64,000 nt of DNA from Octopus bimaculoides (Eukaryota), in NCBI RefSeq assembly GCF_001194135.2, contig NC_068983.1, positions 10,972,342 through 11,036,341 on the forward strand, in the 5' to 3' direction. Below the pieces are notes generated by a model. The model did not search any database, was not told where the DNA came from, and saw only the letters and a list, made by a program, of their open reading frames with translations. Positions 36,502 through 48,700 of this stretch are shown here, in pieces; within the stretch, counting starts at the first letter, position 1; each line of letters starts with the position of its first letter. The position numbers were made by a program, and so were the translations under genes.

Positions 36502-37461
36502 TCACCTCATTCATTTTTTTTTTCTGCTTTATTGTTATTAACTTATTTAACATGTGGCTACCTACAAGAGAGACTTTGTATGGTTTCTTAACCTGCTAGC
36601 CTCGAATAACATAAAACTGTACTCTACCATATTAAATAAAGGGCACATGAGATGTTATAGTCTTTGGAATCTCTGATAAAAAATGGAATTGTCATAACTG
36701 GACTGCCTTTTAATCCAAGTTTTGTTCAACCTGAGCTGAACTGGGAGCTAGACACTGGTAACCTAAAACTTTAAAGCATCTTTACACTTGTCTCTCCCAC
36801 TATTCTATATCTAAAGCATGATAACGGTGATTTACCATATTGACACAGCCACATAAACTTGTAAGAAGGTTATACTGGTTTAAATTGACCCTAGTCCATA
36901 CCTATATTACTTAATTCATGTATCAGACTTGGAGAGCTAAAGGCTGAAGTAACCCATGGCAGTATTGAAACTAGAATGCATATGGACAAAAGTGTGTACC
37001 ATGGGCCATTTTCTGCTGCAGTATTTTTCATATAAACTTGTGAAATGGTATTTATAGAAAGATATAAACAATAAGTTGTGAAATTTATGGCTTTTCAAAT
37101 ATTCACTGATAGTTTATGGAAACAATTTTATTAGGAGAACAGAACCAGGTAGCATATAAAATGAAAATATTGATTTTCATGATGAGTTTTTACATAATAT
37201 TCATTTGTGATATTGGCATGAGGCCATGAATATATAATTGAATATAGGGTTAGTTAATTGAATCCACACACACATGTGTGTGTGAATTCTTCTGAAATAA
37301 AGTGCATCTTTTATGTCATCAAATATGGTTGCTATACTCCCTGGTTCCATTCCCCTTTGTAAAACCATTTCTCTAAATTATCAATACTGTTCAAAAAGGC
37401 ATGTATTTCGCAACCATTAGGATTTGAATTCAGAACATTGGGCAGATAAATAGAATTTGGG

Positions 37462-37630
37462 GACTGAGGACTGGCGAACCAGATGGCTACACCAAGCTCC
37501 AATCTGATTTGGTAGAAACTCTGCCAAATCAGATTGGAGCCTGGTGTAGCCATCTGGTTCGCCAGTCCTCAGTCAAATCGTCCAACCCATGCTAGCATGG
37601 AAAGCGGACGTTAAATGATGATGATGATGA
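37462..37630 (+). mobile_element. SINE family B 3' part with a 55-bp fold-back inversion at its 5' side
   Basis: Arms 37462-37516 and 37520-37574, loop aac; continues into acccatgctagcatggaaagcggacgttaaatgatg. Confidence 0.9.
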
Positions 37631-38239
37631 AGAACCAGGCAGCCTACTTGGTGGACATGATGCCGCTGTTGCTGCTACTGCTGATGATGATGATTGACTA
37701 ATTTCTCACATTAGCATAATGAAGCAGTATCATCAGTTACATCAACCCCAACATATTACTGGTACTTAACTCCCAAAAGGGTCAAATGCAATCACACCGA
37801 AAAGGTTTTGGTGTATAAAAATTTGTTTATTTCTCTAATGAAGCACAGCTCCTGTATCTTAAGTGATGGTGGGGATATAGGGGATGTTGTGATGTTTGTA
37901 CTTTTCCTAAAGTCCTCTTAATAAGTTCCAGTAACATACTTAGGACGAGTTAATTGGTTATAAATAACATCAGAAAATGACTAATTCCTGATGAAAAGTA
38001 TAAGTAAATTTTGTAATGTAAGCTGCACTGGTTTGATGGGATTTTTTGCTCCATCTTGGTGTATATAAAACTGTTTTTAACCTTTGAAATCTAACTTAAG
38101 TTGAAAAAGGACATGAAGGTGAATTAACAGATATATTTGCCAGGAATATACCACAAGAAAATCCAGAATAAGTTTCAGTTACTCATTTGTGATAATCATA
38201 ACTATAACATGTAAGATAAAAATGAAATCCATCAGATAC

Positions 38240-38282
38240 CTTCCGCAGATAAATCCTACACCATCGCTACCATAATTCTCCA
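38240..38282 (-). CDS. Candidate exon (V)ENYGSDGVGFICG(R)
   Basis: Poly-T acceptor ...ttctgtcag, donor ag|gtatct. Phase-compatible with 41165-41195 upstream and 36460/37372 downstream. May instead be one arm of an old inverted repeat. Confidence 0.3.
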
Positions 38283-38691
38283 CTGACAGAATATCCAAAA
38301 TATTTGAAAAAAAAAAAAAAAAAAGTAGATGTCATGTGAGCCCTCTTTCTCATTCCCATATCTTAATCAACAGAAATATTTAATTCAATATTAACAAATA
38401 TTGAAATTTAGTCCAAGGTAATATGACTATTACATATGACCATTTCAATATATTTCCACTGTACTTAATAAAAGCTATTTCAAGGAAATTGTGTGTGTGT
38501 GTGTTCATAGTTATGCACATGAGTGTGGGAATGTGTACTTCTATTGCATTTTGTTTTCCATGTAAATAGGTCTTCACACCCAGCATGTTACACATGAAAT
38601 GGAAGTACCTTCTATCTTTTACTTGTTCCAGTCATTAGACTGTGGCCATGCTGGGGCATCGCATTGAAGAATTTTAGTCAAAAACAAATAT

Positions 38692-38960
38692 AGGCGCAGG
38701 AGTGGCTGTGTGGTAAGTAACTTGCTTACCAACCACATGGTTCGGGTTCATTCCCACTGCATAGCATCTTGGGCAAGTTTCTTCTACGATAGCCTCGGGC
38801 TGACCAAAGCCTAGTGAGTGGATTTGGTAGACGGAAACTGAAAGAAGCTCATCGTATGCATATATATATGTGTGTGTGTGTGTGTGTGTATATGTTTGTG
38901 TGTCTGTGTTTGTCCCCTCAACATCGCTTGACAACCGATGCTGGTGTGTTTACGTCCCCG
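38692..38960 (+). mobile_element. SINE family A 5' part; an opposite-strand family A tail fragment lies at 38620-38690
   Basis: taggcgcaggagtggctgtgtggtaagtaacttgcttaccaaccacatggttcgggttcattcccactgc... Confidence 0.88.
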
Positions 38961-40526
38961 TATATATATATATATATGATGGGCAGAAAATAACTTTTTT
39001 ATATGCATTCTTCCAAAGCAGACATTGATAATTTTTTTTTTTTTTGTCCTGCTTCACTGGTTTGTAAAAAAAAAAAAATCAATCAACCAAATNNNNNNNN
39101 NNNNNNNNNNNNNNNNNNNNNNNNNNNNNNNNNNNNNNNNNNNNNNNNNNNNNNNNNNNNNNNTGATAAAAACATTGACATCTACATTTCAGCATTGGAA
39201 AATTACGGTATGAATGGTATATGATTTATTTGTGGCAGATATCTGATGAATTCCATTTTTTTTTTTTTTTAATGGCTCTCAGATTTTCGTATTAGTTTTA
39301 CATTTCGGCACAGGGCCGGCAATTTCGGGGAAGGGGTCAAGTCAATTACATCAACCTCAGTACTCAACTGGTACTTATTTTATCGACCTCCGAAAGGATG
39401 AAAGACAAAGTCGACCTCAGCAGAATTTGAACTCAGAACATAAAGACAGACGAAATGCCGCTAAGCATTTTCCCCCAACTCCCTGCCTTCAAGTCAGATC
39501 TTAGGTTAATATGACAAATCCTTTTTTTTTATGAGTTAGTCCCTAAAATATTAATTGGAGTGAGTGTGCATGTGTGTACCATGTATAAATTAAATATTGA
39601 TAACTGAGTATGTTAATACAAGTACACACCGCTTTGTGTATATTTTCTTATACAATTCTAATTTACAAATTATCAGCACTATTACATCACTGAAGACTCG
39701 GTTTTGGGATTTCACTTGTACAACCCATGTGCTATAAGTACCATCCATTATCATAATCTGTATTTCACTTTTATCATCATTTAAATGTCTGTTTTCCATG
39801 CTGACATGGGTTGGGTGGGTGATAGATTTAACAGGAACCAACGAACCTAAGAACAACACTAAACTCCATTTGAAAATACTTACTTCTCATATGTCACTTA
39901 ACTGGTTATGGCTAAACAATGATTCCCATAAAATATCTATCTGAAATTATAAATTATAATTATATTGAAAGCTGCTATTTCACTTCGTTTCTACTGCGAG
40001 TTTCACAGTCATCTCTCAATTGATTTTAGAATTGCTATAGAATAAAGCTTCTACTTCCAACAAATTTTAAAATAAACTCAGTCTACTTTTATTCGCTTAT
40101 TCTTAGCATGTGTATGTATTTTAATGTTAAAATTTAGAATTTCACTGCTTCATGACTTGAGTTTCATTACCAACCAATGGTAATCATTAGATGTTTTTTT
40201 TAGCTTTCGTTTTTTTGTTGTTTTTTTTTTTAAGCCAAAAAAAAAACCAAAAAAAAAGTCTAATGATTTTTGAAACACATAGCAGAAAATAATATTGGAG
40301 CTGAACATTTTGATATGTACTCTTATCTTTATTTGATGTTCAGCATCAGTTTACTAAGTGTGTGTCTGTACAAACTTGTACATGTGTGTGTGTCTACATG
40401 ATCTATATATATAATAGGGTAGAAATTGGTGTTAATTAATATCAATTTAATACCAGGAAACCAGCACATTAAAAGAATCAGAAGATTCAGAAAAGATTTT
40501 CTGAGATCTCAAAAGGATTATTGTAT

Positions 40527-40677
40527 ATGTATATATAAAAGAGACCACTAAGTGGACTGCTAATGTGCTAGAAGAAGATCACTTAAAAATTCTCAAAGAA
40601 AAATTCAGCGAAGCAAAAACAATCGGGCGAGACTAGCACATTAGCAGTCCACTTAGTGGTCTCTTTTATATATACAT
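40527..40677. mobile_element. MITE-like perfect inverted repeat (45-bp arms, 61-bp spacer) in a TA-rich site
   Basis: atgtatatataaaagagaccactaagtggactgctaatgtgctag / ctagcacattagcagtccacttagtggtctcttttatatatacat. Confidence 0.8.
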
Positions 40678-41164
40678 GATATATATATATATATAATATA
40701 ATATAAAACATCATCATTTAATGTTCATGTTGGCATGGGTTGGACAGGATTTTATGTGTCCAAGGTTTGTATCATGTCCCAATATCTGCTTTGGCATAGG
40801 TTTTGCTGCTGGGTGCCCTTCTCAACACCAACCACTTTACAGCATGAAATGGGTGCTTTCTTTTTCATGCCACCTGCACCATTGAGGTTGCCATGCAGTT
40901 TGCAGGTCTACAAACCCTGGGGGAAGATGGGGTGGTTGAACTTTATACTAGGGAATGAGAGGATTACTATGAGAGAGAGAGAGAGAGAGAGAGATGAGGA
41001 AGAGCAGCTTCCTACAGAGGGATCGGCATGGTTACACATGTCTAATTAGGGAAAAGGTTGGGAGAAAAAGAGAAAACAATCATATGTATATATTCACACA
41101 CTTAGATTGATGCAGAATGCTACATAAAGGAAAGAGTACTTAATGCTTATATCAAAGTACATAC

Positions 41165-41195
41165 CAGTAAGCTCAGATTTAATATTTCCTACCAG
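41165..41195 (-). CDS. Candidate 31-nt exon LVGNIKSELT
   Basis: Acceptor tttttgaaacag, strong donor g|gtatgt, phase 0 to 1. Confidence 0.3.
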
Positions 41196-42590
41196 CTGTT
41201 TCAAAAACATTTTAAAAAGAAAGGGGTTTTTTTTTATTGAAAGCCAAAAGAAGAAAAAAATGAATGATTTCAGTTTCATACCAGCCATTTGTTGGTATGA
41301 ACTGTGAAATTCTGCTATCCTAAACCTTAACACTAAAATATTTATGCATTTCGAGAATGAGCAAATAAAATATGCTGAGTTTATTTGATAATTCATTGGA
41401 AGTTGAAGTGTGACTCTGTTACAATTCTAAAATCACCCAAGAGTCAAACTTAGAATAGCAACAATGAGAAATTCCAGCTTTCTATAGATTTATATATTCA
41501 ATACATGCAGTGCATATGTGCACACACACACACACACACGGCCGTGCAGTTAAGAAGTATTGTTTTAAACCATACGGTTTGGGATGTATGGTATCTTGAG
41601 CAGATATCTTCTACTATAAACCCAAACTGACCAATGACTTGTGAAACTTTTTTTAAAGCCCATTGTGCAGGAATATATATATATATATATATATGCGCAT
41701 ATATGTCCTCCAGCATCACTTGACAACCGATGTTGGTTTGTTTCTGCCCCCATAACTTAGTAATTTGNNNNNNNNNNNNNNNNNNNNNNNNNCCCCCCCA
41801 AAGTAGAAGAATAAGCACCAGACTTAAAAAGTACTAGGGTCAATTTGTTTGACTAAACTCTTCAAGGCAGTGCCCCAGCATGGCCAAACTCCAATGACTG
41901 AAACAACTAAAAGATGTGTGTGCGTCTTGCTAAGTAGGAAAAGAGAGCATGCTGGTTACGAAGGTAGTGAAGTGACCATTGTCATTAGAAGTAGGAAATT
42001 CACCTTTAGTTAAAAGACTTGATGCAGCTATATACATATCTCAATTTACAAAATAAACCGTCCCACTTTTTCTTAAAGCAAAGGCCATAATTCCTGTTTA
42101 ACTAAATTTATTGTTGATCATCTTGAAGATTGGGCATCAGATGTTGGTGTGCATTTCTTTCTGCAAGTGGCTCATAGCAAGTGCATTCGACCGTAATAAT
42201 AATATGCACATACCTACTATACCTGTTCATGCATTTATTTGAAACTGCAGATTCCATATGAACATTAAAAAAAAAACTCCAGTATCAAATATGGAAATCT
42301 CTCTCTCACACTATTTGTCTCTCAGATAATAGTAAAAAATAGAGGGTACGTTTTTAGACAATTAGCTCTTGAACGACTAGCATATATTCCAACAGGAATG
42401 ATTTGCTAGTGTCTAGACAAAACATACATAGTTTCTTTTACTTTTCTTTTTTCTTTATTTATTTTGTTTAGTCTTTGGTTATCTAGTCGAAACAAGCCTT
42501 TCAAGAAATGTTACACATTATAGACCAGCAGACAATCCAGAGTACATTTTTTTTTTATCACTCATTAACATTACACAATTTCTGACTTAC

Positions 42591-42713
42591 TGATACATGA
42601 AGTTTGAATGAGAAAGTCAATTCATGGGGATTCCCTTTCGAAATACCGTGGGTAACTAGATGAAGACCACTGTTTATCGGTGGTATGTCCTGAGATGATC
42701 TGATAATCAACTC
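42591..42713 (-). CDS. Candidate exon ELIIRSSQDIPPINSGLHLVTHGISKGNPHELTFSFKLHVS
   Basis: Strong donor tca|gtaagt, 41 open codons, phase 0 matches 41165-41195. The acceptor is weak and lies beside a SINE tail. Confidence 0.3.
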
Positions 42714-42729
42714 CTGATAACTATGTATT

Positions 42730-43075
42730 GTTGTTGGCACTCCGTCGCTTACGACGACGTCGAGGGTTCCAGTTGATCCGATCAACGGAACAGCCTGCTC
42801 GTGAAATTAACGTGCAAGTAGCTGAGCACTCCACAGACACGTGTACCCTTAATGTAGTTCTCGGGAATATTCAGCGTGAAACAGAGTGTGACAAGGCTAA
42901 CCCTTTGAATTACAGGCACAACAGAAACAGGAAGTAAGAGTGAGAGAAAGTTGTGGTGAAAGAGTACAGCAGGGTTCGCCACCATCCCCTGCCGGAGCCT
43001 CGTGGAGCTTTAGGTGTTTTCGCTCAATAAACACTCACAACGCCCGGTCTGGGAATCGAAACCGCGATCCTATTA
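42730..43075 (-). mobile_element. SINE family D, long copy with its 3' end; head lost in the gap
   Basis: ttgttgttggcactccgtcgcttacgacg...aacagcctgctcgtgaaattaacgtgc...ccggagcctcgtggagc...gaaaccgcgatcc. Confidence 0.9.
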
Positions 43076-43411
43076 CCANNNNNNNNNNNNNNNNNNNNNN
43101 NNNNNNNNNNNNNNNNNNNNNNNNNNNNNNNNNNNNNNNNNNNNNNNNNNNNNNNNNNNNNNNNNNNNNNNNNNNNNNNNNNNNNNNNNNNNNNNNNNNN
43201 NNNNNNNNNNNNNNNNNNNNNNNNNNNNNNNNNNNNNNNNNNNNNNNNNNNNNNNNNNNNNNNNNNNNNNNNNNNNNNNNNNNNNNNNNNNNNNNNNNNN
43301 NNNNNNNNNNNNNNNNNNNNNNNNNNNNNNNNNNNNNNNNNNNNNNNNNNNNNNNNNNNNNNNNNNNNNNNNNNNNNNNNNNNNNNNNNNNNNNNNNNNN
43401 NNNNNNNNNNN

Positions 43412-43612
43412 TGGTTTCAAGGGTATTGCGAAAGGTCCAGTTGGAGGCCTAACCTTCCGAGTTCTTTTACAGGGTTTAGAAAAAACTGAAAGACTGCCGC
43501 AATAAGCGTGTGAATCTGAGAGAGGAATATGTTGAATAAAATCATGACTGTTCCTCCTATATTTTTTTTTTTTTTTTTTACCCAAAGCCAGGAACTTTTC
43601 AGTACCCCCTCG
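43412..43612 (+). pseudogene. Mariner 3' end: transposase C-terminus plus TIR
   Basis: KKLKDCRNKRVNLREEYVE* followed by cttttcagtaccccctcg|TA. Confidence 0.8.
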
Positions 43613-44452
43613 TAGAGCTGCACTATCCAATGTGTCCGTTCCTAATTTGAGACCGCATGGTTTTATTTGAGGAAAATTTGGCCGCAATTTCTAACAGGGT
43701 ACGTGAGCATATAGAAGCACCCCCTCCCGTTTAGTTAAACTTTAGGAATTAGTATGGGTTGTTGACAAGAAGGGCAACCACTCGTAGAAAATTTGTCTCA
43801 ATAAATTCTATCTGACCCTTGCAAGCATGGAATAGTGGACATTAAACGACTATGATAATACTGAGCAGACCCAGATCGGCCTCAGTTAAATAATACTAAG
43901 ATAAGACTTATTGGCAGACTTGACCATTCTTTCGTTTTCTATACCAAAATTACATTGTCATAAATATCTTTTTTATTAAGATGATAGTGTGATTTCAAGG
44001 AGATTTAGCTTGCATTTCCGAGATGTTGAGCGACCGTATGCTCAAAGAATCCAAGACGCATCTGTATGTGTAGTGTTTTTTGTGTTTGTGTTTATTTGGC
44101 GTTCAGTGTGTGTTTGTGAAAAGAAAGTTACAGATTACATCATGCTGAAGATTTCTAAAAAGAATGAAATTGTTCTATACAAGATTACGTGTATATATAT
44201 ATATATATACATTCATACATATATACATACAGGATTTACTCGTCTATAAGCCGCACCCTTAATTACGTGTTAAATGTTGGTACAATATTTTTTTCCCTTC
44301 ATAGTTTAGTTTTGCCCCAATTTGTTTTGTAGTTGAAATCATGTATAAAACAGTGCAACTTACGAGTGTGTGTGTGTTGGGAAAATAAGAAGAAAAAAAA
44401 AGTGCTTAGAGAAGTTTATCGTGGAAAACAGAAAAATTGTCTGTACATTTTT

Positions 44453-44496
44453 CAGCTACTGGTTTCGGTTGTTTTAAGACAACCTTTTCACACCTG
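44453..44496 (-). ncRNA. Degenerate type I hammerhead-like motif (core GUGAAAA)
   Basis: Minus strand caggt-GUGAAAA-ggttgt-cttaaa-acaacc-GAAA-c-ca-g-UA-gctg. Stem II is perfect; stem I is weak; position 8 does not pair with G3. Confidence 0.35.
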
Positions 44497-45046
44497 TATA
44501 AAATGGGGGAAAAATGAAGGGTTGAAATAAATGAAATTAATTTAAATTTTCATATCAGATCTTCTTACGCAACACTATTGTTCTCTAAAAGAAACATGTA
44601 GACTTTTAGAACTGATATCACGAAAGTTTAATTTATTCAACTGTTAAACGTGTATAGTCTTTTCTGTTTTTCGTGATAAAGTTTTCTGTGCATTATATTC
44701 TTATTTTTTCAATATGCATTTACTCGTGTGAAACCGCTTAACCTTGTTTGTTTGTGTGTGTGTGTGTGTAAAATATATATCATGTGTATATTGTACATAT
44801 GATTATTATTTGCAAACATGTCTGTGTAATTAAGATCGCTCTGTCAACCAATGCCTTGTGATTGAGATTTAGTAGGACGGAAACGGTTTAGAAGCCTTAT
44901 CATGTCTATGTGAGCGCGCACACATGCGTATTTATTTCTGCATGCCTTCACACTGGTACCGTTTCAGCAAATGCGATATGTTTACGTCGCCCAGAGACAA
45001 ACTGTCAACGATTTGAAAGAAAAGAAAAAGAAAAACGCATGAAATA

Positions 45047-45190
45047 AGGCCGTATTAAATTGAAGCACTCGTCTATGTAACTGAGGCCGTATTAAATTGA
45101 AACACTCATCTATGTAACTGAGGTCGTATTAAATTGAAACACTCATCTATGTAACTGAGACCGTATTAAATTGAAACACTCATTTATGTA
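45047..45190. repeat. 37-bp minisatellite, about 3.9 copies
   Basis: aggccgtattaaattgaaacactcatctatgtaactg starts at 45047, 45084, 45121 and 45158; no spacers. Confidence 0.95.
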
Positions 45191-47481
45191 TCAGACTTAC
45201 GTCTGATACACTGTTAATAGGCCTCTTACTGCAGTATTTGTCCTGAGATAACATCTCTTATAGATTCGTCTCTTACGTTAAGTATGATACATAAATGGTT
45301 ATGGAATAAAATACTTTACCTGAAACAAGTGGGTTTGGTGGCGCCGAGGAGGGTACTCTTCCTCGCGTATCTCTTCATGCAAGCTTGGATAGAAAGCGGA
45401 CATGAAACCCGCGATCGTGTTTGTTTTATGTGCAACCTTATAGAGGAAGTCAATATTAACCCGAGAGATAATGTAAAATTTATTTTTCAGAGAAAAGTTT
45501 GATTACGTCTTCGAACCTTCGCTGTGGACTGACAATATGCATCTTCTTCATACCTTTTTCTGGGTTTTTTTTTAGAATTTTGTTTCGGGATTTCTAAGTT
45601 TTAAGACCTTTTTTTTTTAATTTTAGAAATTCGGTCATTTTTCAGTTTCTCTCCATCTCCCTAATCCCTTGATCCTAACTCTGAACCAAATATTTCTTGC
45701 AGGACTGTTAAAACCATGTTTAATACATTTAATTAAGGAAAGATAAATAGAAAAATACCCCACCACTACCCAAAAAAAAAAAAAAAAGGTAAATAAATAA
45801 TTAAAAGAAGTTGCAGGCTGGTTCCACTTCGAAACGAAGAGTGTTTTTTAGAAAATGAAATTTTCGGCTTTGCTCCCGCTCAGTAATACGAAAAATATTT
45901 AACCCCTTCCCGCAAAAAAGAAAGAAAAATGAATAAGTTAAGCAGGAGTGGGGGAGTTACATTAAACAACTCCGCCAAGATATATTGTTTTCGGGTACAT
46001 ATTTATATGAAATATATATTGTTAAAGTTGAACATCACTTTGTAACCGGATGATTTCGAATTCATTCCACTCAACACTCATTAAAAACATTTCAAAGCTA
46101 GCATTATTGAAAGACATTAGAGCGTTTCTTCGTTTCGGAGGCCTATGAAAGTGGAAGTCATTACTACGTCAAAAGTAAGTGGTCTCCAAGGTAAAAAGTA
46201 AGAGCCATAACAGCGTAGGCGGACAACTTCACCGTCATGGTGTTGGAAAGTACATCTGTTGTTAGATAGAACAAATGTCTATAATACATGCAAGTCGGCC
46301 GCTGACACTCGTTGATGCTGCATCGAAGAGGCCAGGGAACAGAAGAAAGAAGACATGCACTCAACACCAGAGCTGAAGACACCTCCGAAAGGGGGCGCCA
46401 CGTCAAAACGGTAGGGGAATAGGGGCCGAAACAGGACGTGGTTCCTCCTGATGATGTCTTGAGCTAACTGGATCCTATAAAGGAGCTGTTGTGGTAGCAG
46501 ACCACGAAACATGGTTGAAATTCCCCCATGCAAGTTCTCTGGACGCCCAGAGTTACTCGAGAATATCTTCGCTCTTGGCCGCCACTATTAGCTTTATTTA
46601 AAATGAAAGGTTGATATACTGTCAGCTGTGTTGCCTCGACTGATAGATAATAGGGACCATTCCAAATGCCATGGACCTAATCTTAATCTTCGCTTGACCC
46701 GCCCATAGCTGCAACTCTGTCAAAGAGACAAGCTGTGGGAAAATATGCGACCATACCTTTATCATCTAAGATGCCACTGTCTCAGCATTTACCTGTGCAT
46801 TATTATTCATAGAATATATGACCATCTCTCGTGCAGTGGATTTTAGCAGTTGATGAACCTTCTGACGTTCCCTTTTTCTAAGAAGCAAAAAAAAATGCAT
46901 ACATTCTAGTTTGATAAGACAAAAACAGAAGCAAGACAATGATCAGTTAGTGATAAATAATGGATGTGACCTTTCACAGATTGCTTCCTCTCAGCCGATT
47001 TCTGAGTGAGATACTCTGCTCATAACCTCATTCCATTTCCTATCCACCGAGGTGGGTAGGAAATGGAATGTGTGACCCGAACTAGACACCCCCAAGCATC
47101 TTGACAGAACCTTCAGTCCAGGCTGGTATGGATTTGCTCCTGCACATATAGAGTTGCAAGCTTGCCAACTTATCCTGGTTAATGCGTGCTCCTGGCTGAG
47201 TATCTTCTATAGCTCCGCGCCGACCAAGGCCTTGATAGGCGGAAAATGAAAGAAACCCGTCGTTTCTTTCAGGTGACAATGAAGCACGTGCGCACGCACA
47301 CACATGTACTTGTGCTATATATTGGCGATCCCATCAACGGAACAGCCTGCTCGTGTGGTGAACGTTTAAGTGGCTGAGCACTCCACAAACACGCGTATCC
47401 TTAACGTAGTTCTCGGGGAGATTCAACATGACATAGAATGTGACAAGGCCAGCCCTTTTATTTACTGGTATTACTCATTTT

Positions 47482-47895
47482 GGATCTATTTTAAAACGGG
47501 GGCCACATTTTTCATTAATGTTTTACGTAGTGTTTTTGGTACCGAAAGACTTTCAAACTTCGTATACTTATCTATTTTGTGTTATAGAACAGAAAAATAT
47601 TTTTGTATTCGAATTTATTTCATGTAAAAAATTGTCTTATTTCGATAATTTCAACCAATCACTGACAAGTATTCAGTTGTTTATATTTACTCCTTTGGCT
47701 GATTAAGCGATGTAAAGCGTATTTAATCTCCATACCATTTGCTTTTTTTTCATTTTAAATTTGCTTTAACCCTAACCCTACGGTTAGGGTTAGGGTTAAT
47801 TGTTTCAGAATCGTTTGTTTATGTAGTCGGCACTTAATGTATATCGGCTGAATGGACGTCAGTGATTGGTTGAAATTACAGAAATACGACAACTT
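47482..47895. mobile_element. Merlin-like MITE with CCCTAA/TTAGGG core, same family as 52229-52829 in opposite orientation; right end missing
   Basis: ggatctattttaaaacggggg start; about 190 bp closely matches the reverse complement of 52640-52829; core taaccctaaccctacggttagggttagggtta. Confidence 0.8.
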
Positions 47896-48665
47896 TAACA
47901 TGGAATAACTTATGGATTTCTTTTTTNNNNNNNNNNNNNNNNNNNNNNNNNNNNNNNNNNNNNNNNNNNNNNNNNNNNNNNNNNNNNNNNNNNNNNNNNN
48001 NNNNNNNNNNNNNNNNNNNNNNNNNNNNNNNNNNNNNNNNNNNNNNNNNNNNNNNNNNNNNNNNNNNNNNNNNNNNNNNNNNNNNNNNNNNNNNNNNNNN
48101 NNNNNNNNNNNNNNNNNNNNNNNNNNNNNNNNNNNNNNNNNNNNNNNNNNNNNNNNNNNNNNNNNNNNNNNNNNNNNNNNNNNNNNNNNNNNNNNNNNNN
48201 NNNNNNNNNNNNNNNNNNNNNNNNNNNNNNNNNNNNNNNNNNNNNNNNNNNNNNNNNNNNNNNNNNNNNNNNNNNNNNNNNNNNNNNNNNNNNNNNNNNN
48301 NNNNNNNNNNNNNNNNNNNNNNNNNNNNNNNNNNNNNNNNNNNNNNNNNNNNNNNNNNNNNNNNNNNNNNNNNNNNNNNNNNNNNNNNNNNNNNNNNNNN
48401 NNNNNNNNNNNNNNNNNNNNNNNNNNATATGTATATATATGTGTGTGTGTGTATGTTTATGTGTCTGTGTTTGTCCCTCTGGCATTGATTGACAACCGAT
48501 GCTGGTGTGTTTATGTCCCCGTCACTTAGCGGTTCGGCAAAAAGAGACCGATAGAATAAGTACTAGGCTTACAAAGAATAAGTCTCAGGGTCGATTTGCT
48601 CGACTAAAGGCAGTGCTCCAGTATGGCCACTGTCAAATGACTGGAGCAAGTAAAAGAGTAAAAGA

Positions 48666-48700
<35 letters not shown>

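Noticed and set aside
45047-45190. 37-bp repeats of CRISPR-like length
   Set aside because: Units are contiguous with no spacers, there are no cas genes, and the DNA is eukaryotic.
46160-46600. GC-rich segment with 80-aa ORFs
   Set aside because: No recognisable motif or clean splice frame; probably an unclassified retroelement relic.
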